Shown: positions 45,175 to 57,179 of the stretch, in pieces | How the letters are laid out: each line of letters starts with the position of its first letter | How positions within the stretch are numbered: position 1 is the stretch's first letter | From: Macrostomum lignano | Taxonomy: Eukaryota | Reading direction: 5' to 3' | Length of the DNA stretch: 64,000 nt | Assembly (NCBI GenBank): GCA_002269645.1 | Contig: NIVC01003203.1 | Coordinates: 1 to 64,000 of the forward strand | Position numbers and translations under genes: made by a program | The notes under the pieces: generated by a model | Told to the model about the DNA's origin: nothing | Databases searched by the model: none | Seen by the model: only the letters and a program-made list of their open reading frames with translations

Positions 45175-46584
45175 TGACAGTCTACTGATACATTGGTGCT
45201 AAATGACCTATTTTACAAACAATTTACAGATAATCACTAAATCAGCATGGTTTTGAAAAATTAAGTACTTTATATGAAGTTTTGAAATTTTACTTTTTTA
45301 AACAAATTGATAGGGGCTATCAATATTAATAACAAGCAATCTAAAATGCATCTGAATTAAACAAGCAAATTTTATACAAATAAGTTAGGCCACTAACTAT
45401 TAGCCTATAAAATAATTATTTTAATGTTCTTGCTTGGTAAGCTCTAGTATATTATATATTGTATATTTTTGCAAAGTATAATTTTTGGCACCAACACACT
45501 GTTAGTGTTAGGCCTAATATTGTTAATTGCTTAAAATGGGTTTTAATTCTGCTATTGTCAGTTTTAGTTGATAGAAAACTTAGCTTAATCTAAATATACT
45601 AAATCTCTAATATCTTATTCTAAAATTGAATAATGAAATGCACTTGAACTTAAGCCATAATCTAGATTCTTGGCCTATAGTTGTTACCTTTTTATTGTGA
45701 TAGGTGAAATATTATTCAATATACAATTTCTATTCAAATACCTAATTTGGCCTATTTAAGATTTTTTGGAATCAGTTTTGCTATAAAAATAGAAAATATT
45801 ATGATAAAAACAAGTGGTCAAGAAAATGATTTTTTATATTCAAAATTCTTATAACAATTACTTGTTAAGCCTAAGGAAAATACTTTTTCTTAGTTTAAAT
45901 TATCAAAGTAAAATTTTTATATTGAGATTTTCTTTTTATTATTGTTATATTGATAGTTATAAGTTATTAATTTATTAAACTTACCTTAATAGGCAGATAT
46001 GCAACTAGTAGCTCAGCTATAAGTATAGCTATTGTGTAGTATAGCTAAAAGTTATATATGGCAATTTAGTATTCAGTCCATAGACTAAGGATTAGCCATA
46101 TACTTTCAACTATATCCCAGCTAATAATACAATGATAGTGCCTATTTTTTAGCTAGATAAACTGAAGTAAACAGAATTCAGTGTCTCCTATGAATAGGTC
46201 AAGAATTGAACCAGGAATCTTTCAGTCATGAGTTTATCACTCTTACTGGTGTAGTAGGCTATAACCCCCATATAAAGCTATAATTATATGATCCAAATTT
46301 TATTTTTAGCTTTTCTGCTTAAAAGTATCAGTTTCAATTAGACCTTTAATAGACCTTTTTTAAAGTTTATTGGGCCTATTCTATAATATTGTATAATTGG
46401 TAGCTTTATTTATAGCTTTATTATTATTTATAGTAATGAGTATATATCAGTAATGTCTCAAGTCACAGAAGATTTTGGCAAACTTTTTAAATCGAATAAA
46501 ATTGTTGTGAAAGCAATTTTCCCACTACTAACTTTGTCTGCAATTTCAGCAGTATTGGCCCCCAGTTAGCCAAATATCAATAGC

Positions 46585-47043
46585 ATGGCATCAGTTCAGC
46601 CGCAGCCAGACCAGTTAGACAGATTTCGCACCTTTCTACGCAATGAGCTGCTAGCCGATTTGGAGGCCTGGCTGAGCAGGCGGAACCAGCTTGACAGAGA
46701 CATTGAGCAATTGCAAGCACTGCACCAGACTGTAGCCACACTGGAGTCTGAGTGCAGCCAGCATGGCTTCATCAATGTTCTCGGCGATCTTGGCTGCGAA
46801 TTTTTCGTCCAAGCTCGCGTCGCTGTTGGAACTAAACAGTCAGATTTTAAGCGCTGCTTGTGCGTTAATATTGGTATGGATGTGCATCTGGAGATGAGCT
46901 TGGATGAGGCTGCAGAGTTTGCCAGTGCCCGCCTGGCCAGTGTGGAGGCTGAGCGAGAGGCAGCCTGCAGTAAGATTGGCCAGATACAGGCCTATGCGGC
47001 TCTGTTCGCCTATGGCCTGTCTGCTCTGCCTTGCAATGATTAA
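46585..47043 (+). CDS. UXT: UXT / prefoldin alpha-like subunit
   Basis: 152-aa intronless ORF; N-terminal helix FLRNELLADL, DLGCEFFVQA, VNIGMDVHLEMSLDEAAEF, C-terminal helix. Confidence 0.82.
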   Translation: MASVQPQPDQLDRFRTFLRNELLADLEAWLSRRNQLDRDIEQLQALHQTVATLESECSQHGFINVLGDLGCEFFVQARVAVGTKQSDFKRCLCVNIGMDVHLEMSLDEAAEFASARLASVEAEREAACSKIGQIQAYAALFAYGLSALPCND

Positions 47044-47245
47044 CTTCAGTAATACCTGTCATTAGAGTGATTAGTTTGGCTATTTTTGTAAATAAAATAT
47101 TTTCTGTTAGAGAATAATTTTCAACTTCTGTTTTTACACAATTATTTTAAAACCTCTGTGGAGTAGCCGTGTATTGAAGTCTATGGTGTACTTTTCTAGA
47201 TTATGCTCTAATGGCACTCTAATGACATGATCTAAGAAATTAGAT

Positions 47246-47645
47246 TTGAATCGGTTCCGCCCCAGCCCACTTATAGATCTGAATCGGTTCTGCTTAAGCC
47301 CTCTTATAGATCTGAATCAGTTCTGCTTAAGACTTCTTATAGATCTGAATCGGTTCTGCTTAAGACCACTTATAGATCTGAATCGGTTCTGCTTAAGACC
47401 TCTTATAGATCTGAATCAGTTCTGCTTAAGACTTCTTATAGATCTGAATCGGTTCTGCTTAAGACCTCTTATAGATCTAAATCGGTTCTGCTTAAGACCA
47501 CTTATAGATCTGAATCGGTTCCGTCTCAGCCCACTTATAGATCTGAATCGGTTCCGCTTAAGACCACTTATAGATCTGAATCGATTCCGCTTAAGACCAC
47601 TTATAGATCTGAATTGGTTCCGCCCCAGCCCACTTATAGATCTGA
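47246..47645. repeat. 33-bp minisatellite
   Basis: Unit GAATCGGTTCTGCTTAAGACC(A/T)CTTATAGATCT x12. Confidence 0.95.
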
Positions 47646-47702
47646 AATCTCAGTTAGAACTGCTTTGATTTCATAAAAGTTTCTGCATAATGCACACTAT
47701 AG

Positions 47703-49702
47703 GCTGCAGATAACGACAGCAGCAGCGGCGGTGGCGGCGTCAGTCACAGCTGGAGCGAGCTGCTGACGCCAGGTGAACAGTCCGCCCTGTCAGCCTGTCT
47801 GGCCCGCAGCGGCTGTCAGTGCTTGGCCAGCGCCGTGGCCCGGCTGTACCGCGGCCAGGAGACGCCGCCGCCAAGCCGCTGGGTGCCGCTGGCCACCGGC
47901 GTCGTCTGCTTTGTCCGCCGCCCCGGCCATCGATTCGCCGTGCAGTTCTACGACATGGACAACATCCGGCAGGAGCCGGCGCTAGACCAGGACCTCTATC
48001 CGGGCATGCAGTACCACAGCGCCTACGACTTCTTTCATCACTTCGAGGCGGCTAATTGTGTTGTCGGTTTTTGTTTTGCCGACTGCGACACCGGCTTGGA
48101 CGAGGGGGCTAGGCTGGGCCAGTGCGTCAAGCTGCAGGCACTGAAGATGGGCCCGGCTAGGCAAGTAGCTGAGCCAGCTCTGGCCCCAGCCTCGCGGCCT
48201 ATTCGCAGCGGCGGTGGCGGCAGCGGGTTTGGTCGGCGGCTGTCTTTGAGGAGGTCGAAGTCGAGTGTGAATGCGGATAGCAAGTTGGTGAGAGCAGATT
48301 TTTACTGCGATAACTGCTTGGTTTAGTGTCTGGAGCTCGCGCTGTTGATTGCCTTCCATAAGAATCGCCCCACCCTCCATAAGAATCGCCCCCACCCTCC
48401 ATAAGAATCGCCCCTACCCTCCATAAGAATCGCCCCCGCCCTCCATAAGAATCGCCCCCACCCTCCATAAGAATCGCCCCCACCCTCCATAAGAATCGCC
48501 CCTACCCTCCATAAGAATCGCCCCACCCTCCATAAGAATCACCCCACCCTCCATAAGAATCGCCCTACCCTCCATAAGAATCGCCCCACCCTCCATAAGA
48601 ATCGCCCCACCCTCCATAAAAATCGCCCCTCCATAAGAATCGCCCCACCCTCCATAAGAATCGCCCCCGCCCTCCATAAGAATCGCCCCCGCCCTCCATA
48701 AGAATCGCCCCCACCCTCCATAAGAATCGCCCCCGCCCTCCATAAGAATCGCCCCCACCCTTCATAAGAATCTCCCCACCCTCCATAAGAATCGCCCCCA
48801 TCCTCCATAAGAATCGCCCCCACCCTCCATAAGAATCTCCCCACCCTCCATAAGAATCGCCCCCACCCTCCATAAGAATCGCCCCCACCCTCCATAAGAA
48901 TCGCCCCCACCCTCCATAAGAATCGCCCCCGCCCTCCATAAGAATCGCCCCCGCCCTCCATAAGAATCGCCCCCACCCTCCATAATAATCGCCCTCCGCC
49001 GTTCCCAGCGCCACCATCGGCCAACCTCTGAGGCCACCAGCGCAGCGCCGGCACCGCTGCAGTCCTCTGCAGCCGCTCCGTCAACCGCCACCCCGACGAC
49101 AGCGTCGGCAGCGCCCCATTCAGCCGTCCACCATCCGCAGCACCGTCGCCTCACGCGCGGCCGCCTCCGCCGTCAAGACATCGGCGCTCCGCAGAACTTT
49201 CGCCACGTGCAGCACGCCGGAGTCGACACCCTGGCCGACAACGCGGCCAGAATCGACCAGTTCGACTGGCAGTCGGACCCGGTGCTGCGCCAGCTGTTTG
49301 GCAGCCTGGACGCCGACCTGCAAGCGAAGGTGGCGGCCAGTCCGACCGGGCCGCAGGCTCTGAACAAATTCGCTGACAGACACGGCGGCATTCAGAATCT
49401 GATGGAGCTGGCTAAATCACAGGGCTATACTGCTGGCGTGGAGACTGATGCGTCAAAGGTACAGTTCAATGTCAAATCACTTTTGTTTTGTGGAATGTGG
49501 GTCATGTGTATCTTCTCGTTTAAAAAGCAGATGGCTACGTTAGTCAGTTAGTTGATTAGTTAGTTATTTGGTTAGTTAGTTGATTAGTTAGTTAGTTATT
49601 TGGTTAGTTAGTTAGTTAGTTAGTCAGTTAGTTAGTCAGTTAGTTAGTTAGTCAGTTAGTTAGTTAGTTAGTCAGTTAGTTGATTAGTTAGTTAGTTATT
49701 TG

Positions 49703-49740
<38 letters not shown>

Positions 49741-49997
49741 CATTTAGTTGATTAGTTAGTTAGTTATTTGGTTAGTTAGTTGATTAGTTAGTTAGTTATT
49801 TGGTTAGTTAGTTGATTAGTTAGTTAGTTAGTTAGTCAGTTAGTTAGTTAGTCAGTTAGTTGGTTAGTTAGTTAGTTAGTTAGTCAGTTAGTTAGTCAGT
49901 TAGTTAGTTAGTTAGTTAGTCAGTTAGTTAGTCAATTATTTATTTGGTTAGTTAGTTAGTTAGTTAGTCATTTAGTTGATTAGTTAGTTAGTCAGTG

Positions 49998-50028
<31 letters not shown>

Positions 50029-50058
50029 CAGTTAGTTGATTAGTTAGTTAGTTATTTG

Positions 50059-50100
<42 letters not shown>

Positions 50101-50189
50101 CATTTAGTTGATTAGTTAGTTAGTCAGTGAGTTAGTTAGTTAGTTGGTTAGTTCGTTAATTAATTAGTTAGTTAGTCAGTTAGTTAGTC

Positions 50190-50220
<31 letters not shown>

Positions 50221-50285
50221 CAGTTAGTTAGTCAATTATTTATTTGGTTAGTTAGTTAGTTAGTTAGTTAGTCAGTGAGTTAGTC

Positions 50286-50320
<35 letters not shown>

Positions 50321-50346
50321 CAGTTAGTTAGTCAATTAGTTATTTG

Positions 50347-50380
<34 letters not shown>

Positions 50381-50385
50381 CAGTG

Positions 50386-50424
<39 letters not shown>

Positions 50425-50605
50425 CAGTTAGTTGATTAGTTAGTTAGTCAGTGAGTTAGTTAGTTAGTTGGTTAGTTCGTTAATTAATTAGTTAGTTAGT
50501 CAGTTAGTTAGTCAGTTAGTTAGTTAGTTAGTTAGTTAGTCAGTTAGTTAGTCAATTATTTATTTGGTTAGTTAGTTAGTTAGTTAGTTAGTCAGTGAGT
50601 TAGTC

Positions 50606-50636
<31 letters not shown>

Positions 50637-50662
50637 CAGTTAGTTAGTCAATTAGTTATTTG

Positions 50663-50696
<34 letters not shown>

Positions 50697-50701
50697 CAGT
50701 G

Positions 50702-50732
<31 letters not shown>

Positions 50733-50762
50733 CAGTTAGTTGATTAGTTAGTTAGTTATTTG

Positions 50763-50800
<38 letters not shown>

Positions 50801-51057
50801 CATTTAGTTGATTAGTTAGTTAGTTATTTGGTTAGTTAGTTGATTAGTTAGTTAGTTATTTGGTTAGTTAGTTGATTAGTTAGTTAGTTAGTTAGTCAGT
50901 TAGTTAGTTAGTCAGTTAGTTGGTTAGTTAGTTAGTTAGTTAGTCAGTTAGTTAGTCAGTTAGTTAGTTAGTTAGTTAGTCAGTTAGTTAGTCAATTATT
51001 TATTTGGTTAGTTAGTTAGTTAGTTAGTCATTTAGTTGATTAGTTAGTTAGTCAGTG

Positions 51058-51088
<31 letters not shown>

Positions 51089-51118
51089 CAGTTAGTTGAT
51101 TAGTTAGTTAGTTATTTG

Positions 51119-51156
<38 letters not shown>

Positions 51157-51337
51157 CATTTAGTTGATTAGTTAGTTAGTCAGTGAGTTAGTTAGTTAGT
51201 TGGTTAGTTCGTTAATTAATTAGTTAGTTAGTCAGTTAGTTAGTCAGTTAGTTAGTTAGTTAGTTAGTTAGTCAGTTAGTTAGTCAATTATTTATTTGGT
51301 TAGTTAGTTAGTTAGTTAGTTAGTCAGTGAGTTAGTC

Positions 51338-51372
<35 letters not shown>

Positions 51373-51398
51373 CAGTTAGTTAGTCAATTAGTTATTTG

Positions 51399-51432
<34 letters not shown>

Positions 51433-51437
51433 CAGTG

Positions 51438-51468
<31 letters not shown>

Positions 51469-51497
51469 CAGTTAGTTGATTAGTTAGTTAGTCAGTG

Positions 51498-51540
<43 letters not shown>

Positions 51541-51954
51541 CAGTTAGTTAGTCAGTTAGTTAGTTAGTCAGTTAGTTGGTTAGTTAGTTAGTTAGTTAGT
51601 CAGTTAGTTAGTCAGTTAGTTAGTTAGTTAGTTAGTCAGTTAGTTAGTCAATTATTTATTTGGTTAGTTAGTTAGTTAGTTAGTCATTTAGTTGATTAGT
51701 TAGTTAGTCAGTGAGTTAGTTAGTTAGTCAGTTAGTTGATTAGTTAGTTAGTTATTTGGTTAGTTAGTTGATTAGTTAGTTAGTTATTTGGTTAGTTAGT
51801 TGATTAGTTAGTTAGTTAGTTAGTCAGTTAGTTAGTTAGTCAGTTAGTTGGTTAGTTAGTTAGTTAGTTAGTCAGTTAGTTAGTCAGTTAGTTGATTAGT
51901 TAGTTAGTTAGTTAGTCAGTTAGTTAGTCAGTTAGTTAGTTAGTTAGTTAGTTG

Positions 51955-51989
<35 letters not shown>

Positions 51990-52114
51990 GATTAGTTAGT
52001 TAGTTATTTGGTTAGTTAGTTAGTCAGTTAGTTAGTCAGTTAGTTAGTCAGTTAGTTAGTCAGTTAGTTATTTGGTTAGTTAGTTAGTCAGTTAGTTAGT
52101 CAGTTAGTTATTTG

Positions 52115-52155
<41 letters not shown>

Positions 52156-52341
52156 CTATTTAGTTAGTCAGTTAGTTATTTAGTTAGTTAGTCAGTTAGT
52201 TATTTAGTTAGTTAGTTGGTTAGTTCGTTAATTAATTAGTTAGTTAGTCAGTTAGTTAGTCAGTTAGTTAGTTAGTTAGTTAGTTAGTCAGTTAGTTAGT
52301 CAATTATTTATTTGGTTAGTTAGTTAGTTAGTTAGTTAGTC

Positions 52342-52376
<35 letters not shown>

Positions 52377-52437
52377 CAGTTAGTTAGTCAATTAGTTATT
52401 TGGTTAGTTAGTTAGTTAGTTAGTTAGTTAGTCAGTG

Positions 52438-52480
<43 letters not shown>

Positions 52481-53257
52481 CAGTTAGTTGATTAGTTAGT
52501 TAGTCAGTGAGTTAGTTAGTTAGTTAGTCAGTTAGTTAGTCAGTTAGTTAGTTAGTCAGTTAGTTGGTTAGTTAGTTAGTTAGTTAGTCAGTTAGTTAGT
52601 CAGTTAGTTAGTTAGTTAGTTAGTCAGTTAGTTAGTCAATTATTTATTTGGTTAGTTAGTTAGTTAGTTAGTCATTTAGTTGATTAGTTAGTTAGTCAGT
52701 GAGTTAGTTAGTTAGTCAGTTAGTTGATTAGTTAGTTAGTTATTTGGTTAGTTAGTTGATTAGTTAGTTAGTTATTTGGTTAGTTAGTTGATTAGTTAGT
52801 TAGTTAGTTAGTCAGTTAGTTAGTTAGTCAGTTAGTTGGTTAGTTAGTTAGTTAGTTAGTCAGTTAGTTAGTCAGTTAGTTGATTAGTTAGTTAGTTAGT
52901 TAGTCAGTTAGTTAGTCAGTTAGTTAGTTAGTTAGTTAGTCAGTTAGTTAGTCAGTTAGTTGGTTAGTTAGTTAGTTAGTTAGTCAGTTAGTTAGTCAGT
53001 TAGTTAGTTAGTTAGTTAGTCAGTTAGTTGATTAGTTAGTTAGTTATTTGGTTAGTTAGTTAGTTAGTTAGTTAGTCATTTAGTTGATTAGTTAGTTAGT
53101 CAGTGAGTTAGTTAGTTAGTTGGTTAGTTCGTTAATTAATTAGTTAGTTAGTCAGTTAGTTAGTCAGTTAGTTAGTTAGTTAGTTAGTTAGTCAGTTAGT
53201 TAGTCAATTATTTATTTGGTTAGTTAGTTAGTTAGTTAGTTAGTCAGTGAGTTAGTC

Positions 53258-53292
<35 letters not shown>

Positions 53293-53318
53293 CAGTTAGT
53301 TAGTCAATTAGTTATTTG

Positions 53319-53352
<34 letters not shown>

Positions 53353-53357
53353 CAGTG

Positions 53358-53396
<39 letters not shown>

Positions 53397-53425
53397 CAGT
53401 TAGTTGATTAGTTAGTTAGTCAGTG

Positions 53426-53462
<37 letters not shown>

Positions 53463-53555
53463 CTCAGTTAGTTGGTTAGTTAGTTAATTAGTTAGTTAGT
53501 TAGTTAGTTAGTCAGTCAGTTAGTTAGTCAGTTAGTTGGTTAGTTAGTTAATTAA

Positions 53556-53586
<31 letters not shown>

Positions 53587-53605
53587 ATTAGTTAGTTAGT
53601 TAGTC

Positions 53606-53636
<31 letters not shown>

Positions 53637-53686
53637 CAGTTAGTTAGTTAGTTAGTTAGTTAGTTGATTAGTTAGTTAGTTATTTG

Positions 53687-53728
<42 letters not shown>

Positions 53729-53882
53729 CAGTTAGTTAGTTAGTTAGTTAGTTAGTTGATTAGTTAGTTAGTTATTTGGTTAGTTAGTTAGTCAGTTAGT
53801 TAGTCAGTTAGTTAGTCAGTTAGTTAGTCAGTTAGTTATTTGGTTAGTTAGTTAGTCAGTTAGTTAGTCAGTTAGTTATTTG

Positions 53883-53923
<41 letters not shown>

Positions 53924-54021
53924 CTATTTAGTTAGTCAGTTAGTTATTTAGTTAGTTAGTCAGTTAGTTAGTTAGTCAGTTAGTTAGTTAGTTAGTTGGT
54001 TAGTGAGTTAGTTAGTTAGTC

Positions 54022-54061
<40 letters not shown>

Positions 54062-54082
54062 GATTAGTTAGTTAGTTATTTG

Positions 54083-54148
<66 letters not shown>

Positions 54149-54198
54149 CAGTTAGTTAGTTAGTTAGTTAGTCAGTTAGTTAGTCAGTTAGTTATTTG

Positions 54199-54239
<41 letters not shown>

Positions 54240-54877
54240 CTATTTAGTTAGTCAGTTAGTTATTTAGTTAGTTAGTCAGTTAGTTATTTGGTTAGTTAGT
54301 CAGTTAGTTAGTTAGTTAGTTAGTTAGTCATTTAGTTGATTAGTTAGTTAGTCAGTGAGTTAGTTAGTTAGTTAGTTAGTCAGTTAGTCAGTTAGTTGGT
54401 TGGTCTCGAGTCGAACGCGTTACCGCTATGCTACTCAACCCCATTGAATCCCTCTTGCCTCTTTCAGGTCCTGGCGGCGGCGCCGCCAAAACCGGCGCCC
54501 GAGAAGCCGCGCCGTCCGCGCCCGCCGCCTCCGCCTGTGCCGAGCGTTCCGCCGCTGCTGCCTTCGAATTCGACGAGCGCCGTCTCCGCTCCGGCCGCGC
54601 CAGCGCCTCCCCCGCCCCACCACCGCCCCCACCACCGCCCCCACCCCCGGCTCCTCCACCGCCGCCGAAGCCGCAGGTTCCGCTGGGCCTAATTGGCAAG
54701 CCGAGGCGGCCTTCGGTTCCTGCCGTCGCTCCCAGCAACTCGCTGGCTGCCGATCTGGAGAAATACCTGATCGGTGTGTACCAGGGCACGCACGGTACTT
54801 GTGCGGGCTGCCGCCGGACCGACTACTCCAGTGACGATGACGACTGCGCCAGTTCTGACGAATGGGACAGCGACTGA
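47703..54877 (+). CDS. WAS: WASP/N-WASP-like actin nucleation-promoting factor (WH1-basic-CRIB-polyPro-CA); start exon not located; 1-nt frameshift near 54615
   Basis: Exon 47703-48287 WH1 (CLASAVARLY..W...ATGVVCFV..QFYD..DQDLYPGMQY..FH.FEA..C.VGF.FAD), exon 49009-49458 CRIB (IGAPQNFRHVQHAG), exon 54468-54877 polyPro and acidic end SSDDDDCASSDEWDSD*. Confidence 0.82.
48350..48990. repeat. 21-22-bp minisatellite, WASP intron
   Basis: Unit CCCTCCATAAGAATCGCCCCCA. Confidence 0.96.
49538..54400. repeat. (GTTA)n complex microsatellite, about 4.9 kb, WASP intron
   Basis: GTTA array with GTCA, GATTA, TTTGG variants in recurring blocks. Confidence 0.98.
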
Positions 54878-55004
54878 TCTGATTGAATCTCTGCACCAGC
54901 GGTCTGGCCAATGTGCTGACTACTTATCAAGTAGTATCTTTAGAAATTTTAGTGCTTTATTTACCATTGGGAATGATTGTCGGATCGATTCCTCCTATGG
55001 GGAA

Positions 55005-56520
55005 ATCCCCCTAGGGAATTCTTAATGCCAGAAATCTCTCTTAGAGGATTCTAAATGCCAGAAATCTCCCTTAGGGGATTCTAAATGCCAGAAATCTCCC
55101 TAGGGGATTCTAAATGCCAGAAATCTCCCTAGGGGATTCTAAATGCCAGAAATCTCCCTAGGGGATTCTAAATGCCAGAAATCTCCCTAGGGGATTCTAA
55201 ATGCCAGAAATCCCCCTAGGGAATTCTTAATGCCAGAAATCTCTCTTAGAGGATTCTAAATGCCAGAAATCTCCCTAGGGGATTCTAAATGCCAGAAATC
55301 TCCCTTAGGGGATTCTAAATTCCAGAAATCTCCCTTAGGGGATTCTAAATGCCAGAAATCTCCCTAGGGGATTCTAAATGCCAGAAATCTCCCTAGGGGA
55401 TTCTAAATGCCAGAAATCTCCCTAGGGGATTCTAAATGCCAGAAATCTCCCTAGGGGATTCTAAATGCCAGAAATCTCCCTAGGGGATTCTAAATGCCAG
55501 AAATCTCCCTAGGGGATTCTAAATGCCAGAAATCTCTCTTAGAGGATTCTAAATGCCAGAAATCTCCCGAGGGGATTCTAAATTCCAGAAATCTCCCTTA
55601 GGGGATTCTAAATGCCAGAAATTTCCCTAGGGGATTCTAAATGCCAGAAATCTCCCTTAGGGGATTCTAAATGCCAGAAATCTCCCTAGGGGATTCTAAA
55701 TGCCAGATATCTCCCTAGGGGATTCTAAATGCCAGAAATCTCCCTAGGGGATTCTAAATGCCAGAAATCTCCCTTAGGGGATTCTAAATGCCAGAAATCT
55801 CCCTAGGGGATTCTAAATGCCAGAAATCTCCCTAGGGGATTCTAAATGCCAGAAATCTCCCTAGGGGATTCTAAATGCCAGAAATCTCCCTAGGGGATTC
55901 TAAATGCCAGAAATCTCCCTAGGGGATTCTAAATGCCAGAAATCTCCCTTAGAGGATTCTAAATGCCAGAAATCTCCCTAGGGGATTCTAAATTCCAGAA
56001 ATCTCCCTTAGGGGATTCTAAATGCCAGAAATCTCTCTTAGAGCATTCTAAATGCCAGAAATCTCCCTAGGGGATTCTAAATGCCAGAAATCTCTCTTAG
56101 AGGATTCTAAATGCCAGAAATCTCCCTAGGGGATTCTAAATGCCAGAAATCTCCCTTAGGGGATTCTAAATTCCAGAAATCTCCCTTAGGGGATTCTAAA
56201 TGCCAGAAATCTCCCTAGGGGATTCTAAATGCCAGAAATCTCCCTTAGGGGATTCTAAATGCCAGAAATCTCCCTAGGGGATTCTAAATGCCAGAAATCT
56301 CCCTAGGGGATTCTAAATGCCAGAAATCTTCCTAGGGGATTCTAAATGCCAGAAATCTCCCCTATCGAATATAAATGTCAGAAATCTCCCCTATGGGATT
56401 CTAAATTCCAAAAATCTTCCCTATCGAATCTAAATGCCAGAAATCTCCCCTATGGGATTCTTAATGCCAAAAATCTTCCCTATCGAATCTAAATGCCAGA
56501 AATCTATCTAGGGATTCTAA
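55005..56520. repeat. 29-30-bp minisatellite with palindromic core, between convergent WASP and PITP
   Basis: Unit CTAAATGCCAGAAATCTCCCTAGGGGATT x about 50. Confidence 0.97.
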
Positions 56521-57179
56521 ACTTTTTTACGGGTTTGAATCAATGTGAGTCTTATTATTTCAGTATCTGGCTTGGTTTTGCAAAGAGAATAAAAAAGTTT
56601 TATTCAAGAAACGTTTTTAACTGAATATTTTATGTATGCAACTGAATGTCATATTTAATGAATAATGACTGGCTGCTGCTGCTTGCCCGAGGTGCTGAGT
56701 CTCGAATGCGTGCCAATAATCGCATATTCTGCCCTATCGATATGCTATCTGAAATTTTCCAGTATTTCTGCGCCAAATTTTTACACTAGATATTTTTGCT
56801 ACCGATTTGCATGCCCCTTTTTACTACTCATCGATTGTCAGTAGTATTAAAAAGAATTTACATTTTTGTCTTTCTTTATTACTATACAATAAAACTCTTA
56901 TGGGAAAATTATTGACTCAAACATTGTGCAATAGCTTTTTGAGTTACTATTTTGCGTTGCATGATTAAAAATGATTTATAAACGAGTCTGAATAAATATA
57001 TAAGCAACTTTTTTCTCAGTATTTGAACGACATTGAAGTATAGAAATCCTTCTAAAAGTGTCGTCTTGTTTTCAATTTTATTTAGTTTATCTAATGGTTG
57101 CAATTTTTGTTTTTAGCCTTAGGTGAATCTCAATGATCGTTTTTTGTATTTGACGCTTGGTTAAAAGCAATTTTTGCGG

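Noticed and set aside
48199-49154. GGDSYGG/WGRFLWR repeat ORFs resembling Gly-rich proteins
   Set aside because: Antisense translation of the WASP intronic minisatellite
49538-54400. GTTA array as telomeric repeat
   Set aside because: Unit is TTAG, not TTAGGG or TTAGG, and it is flanked by exons of one gene
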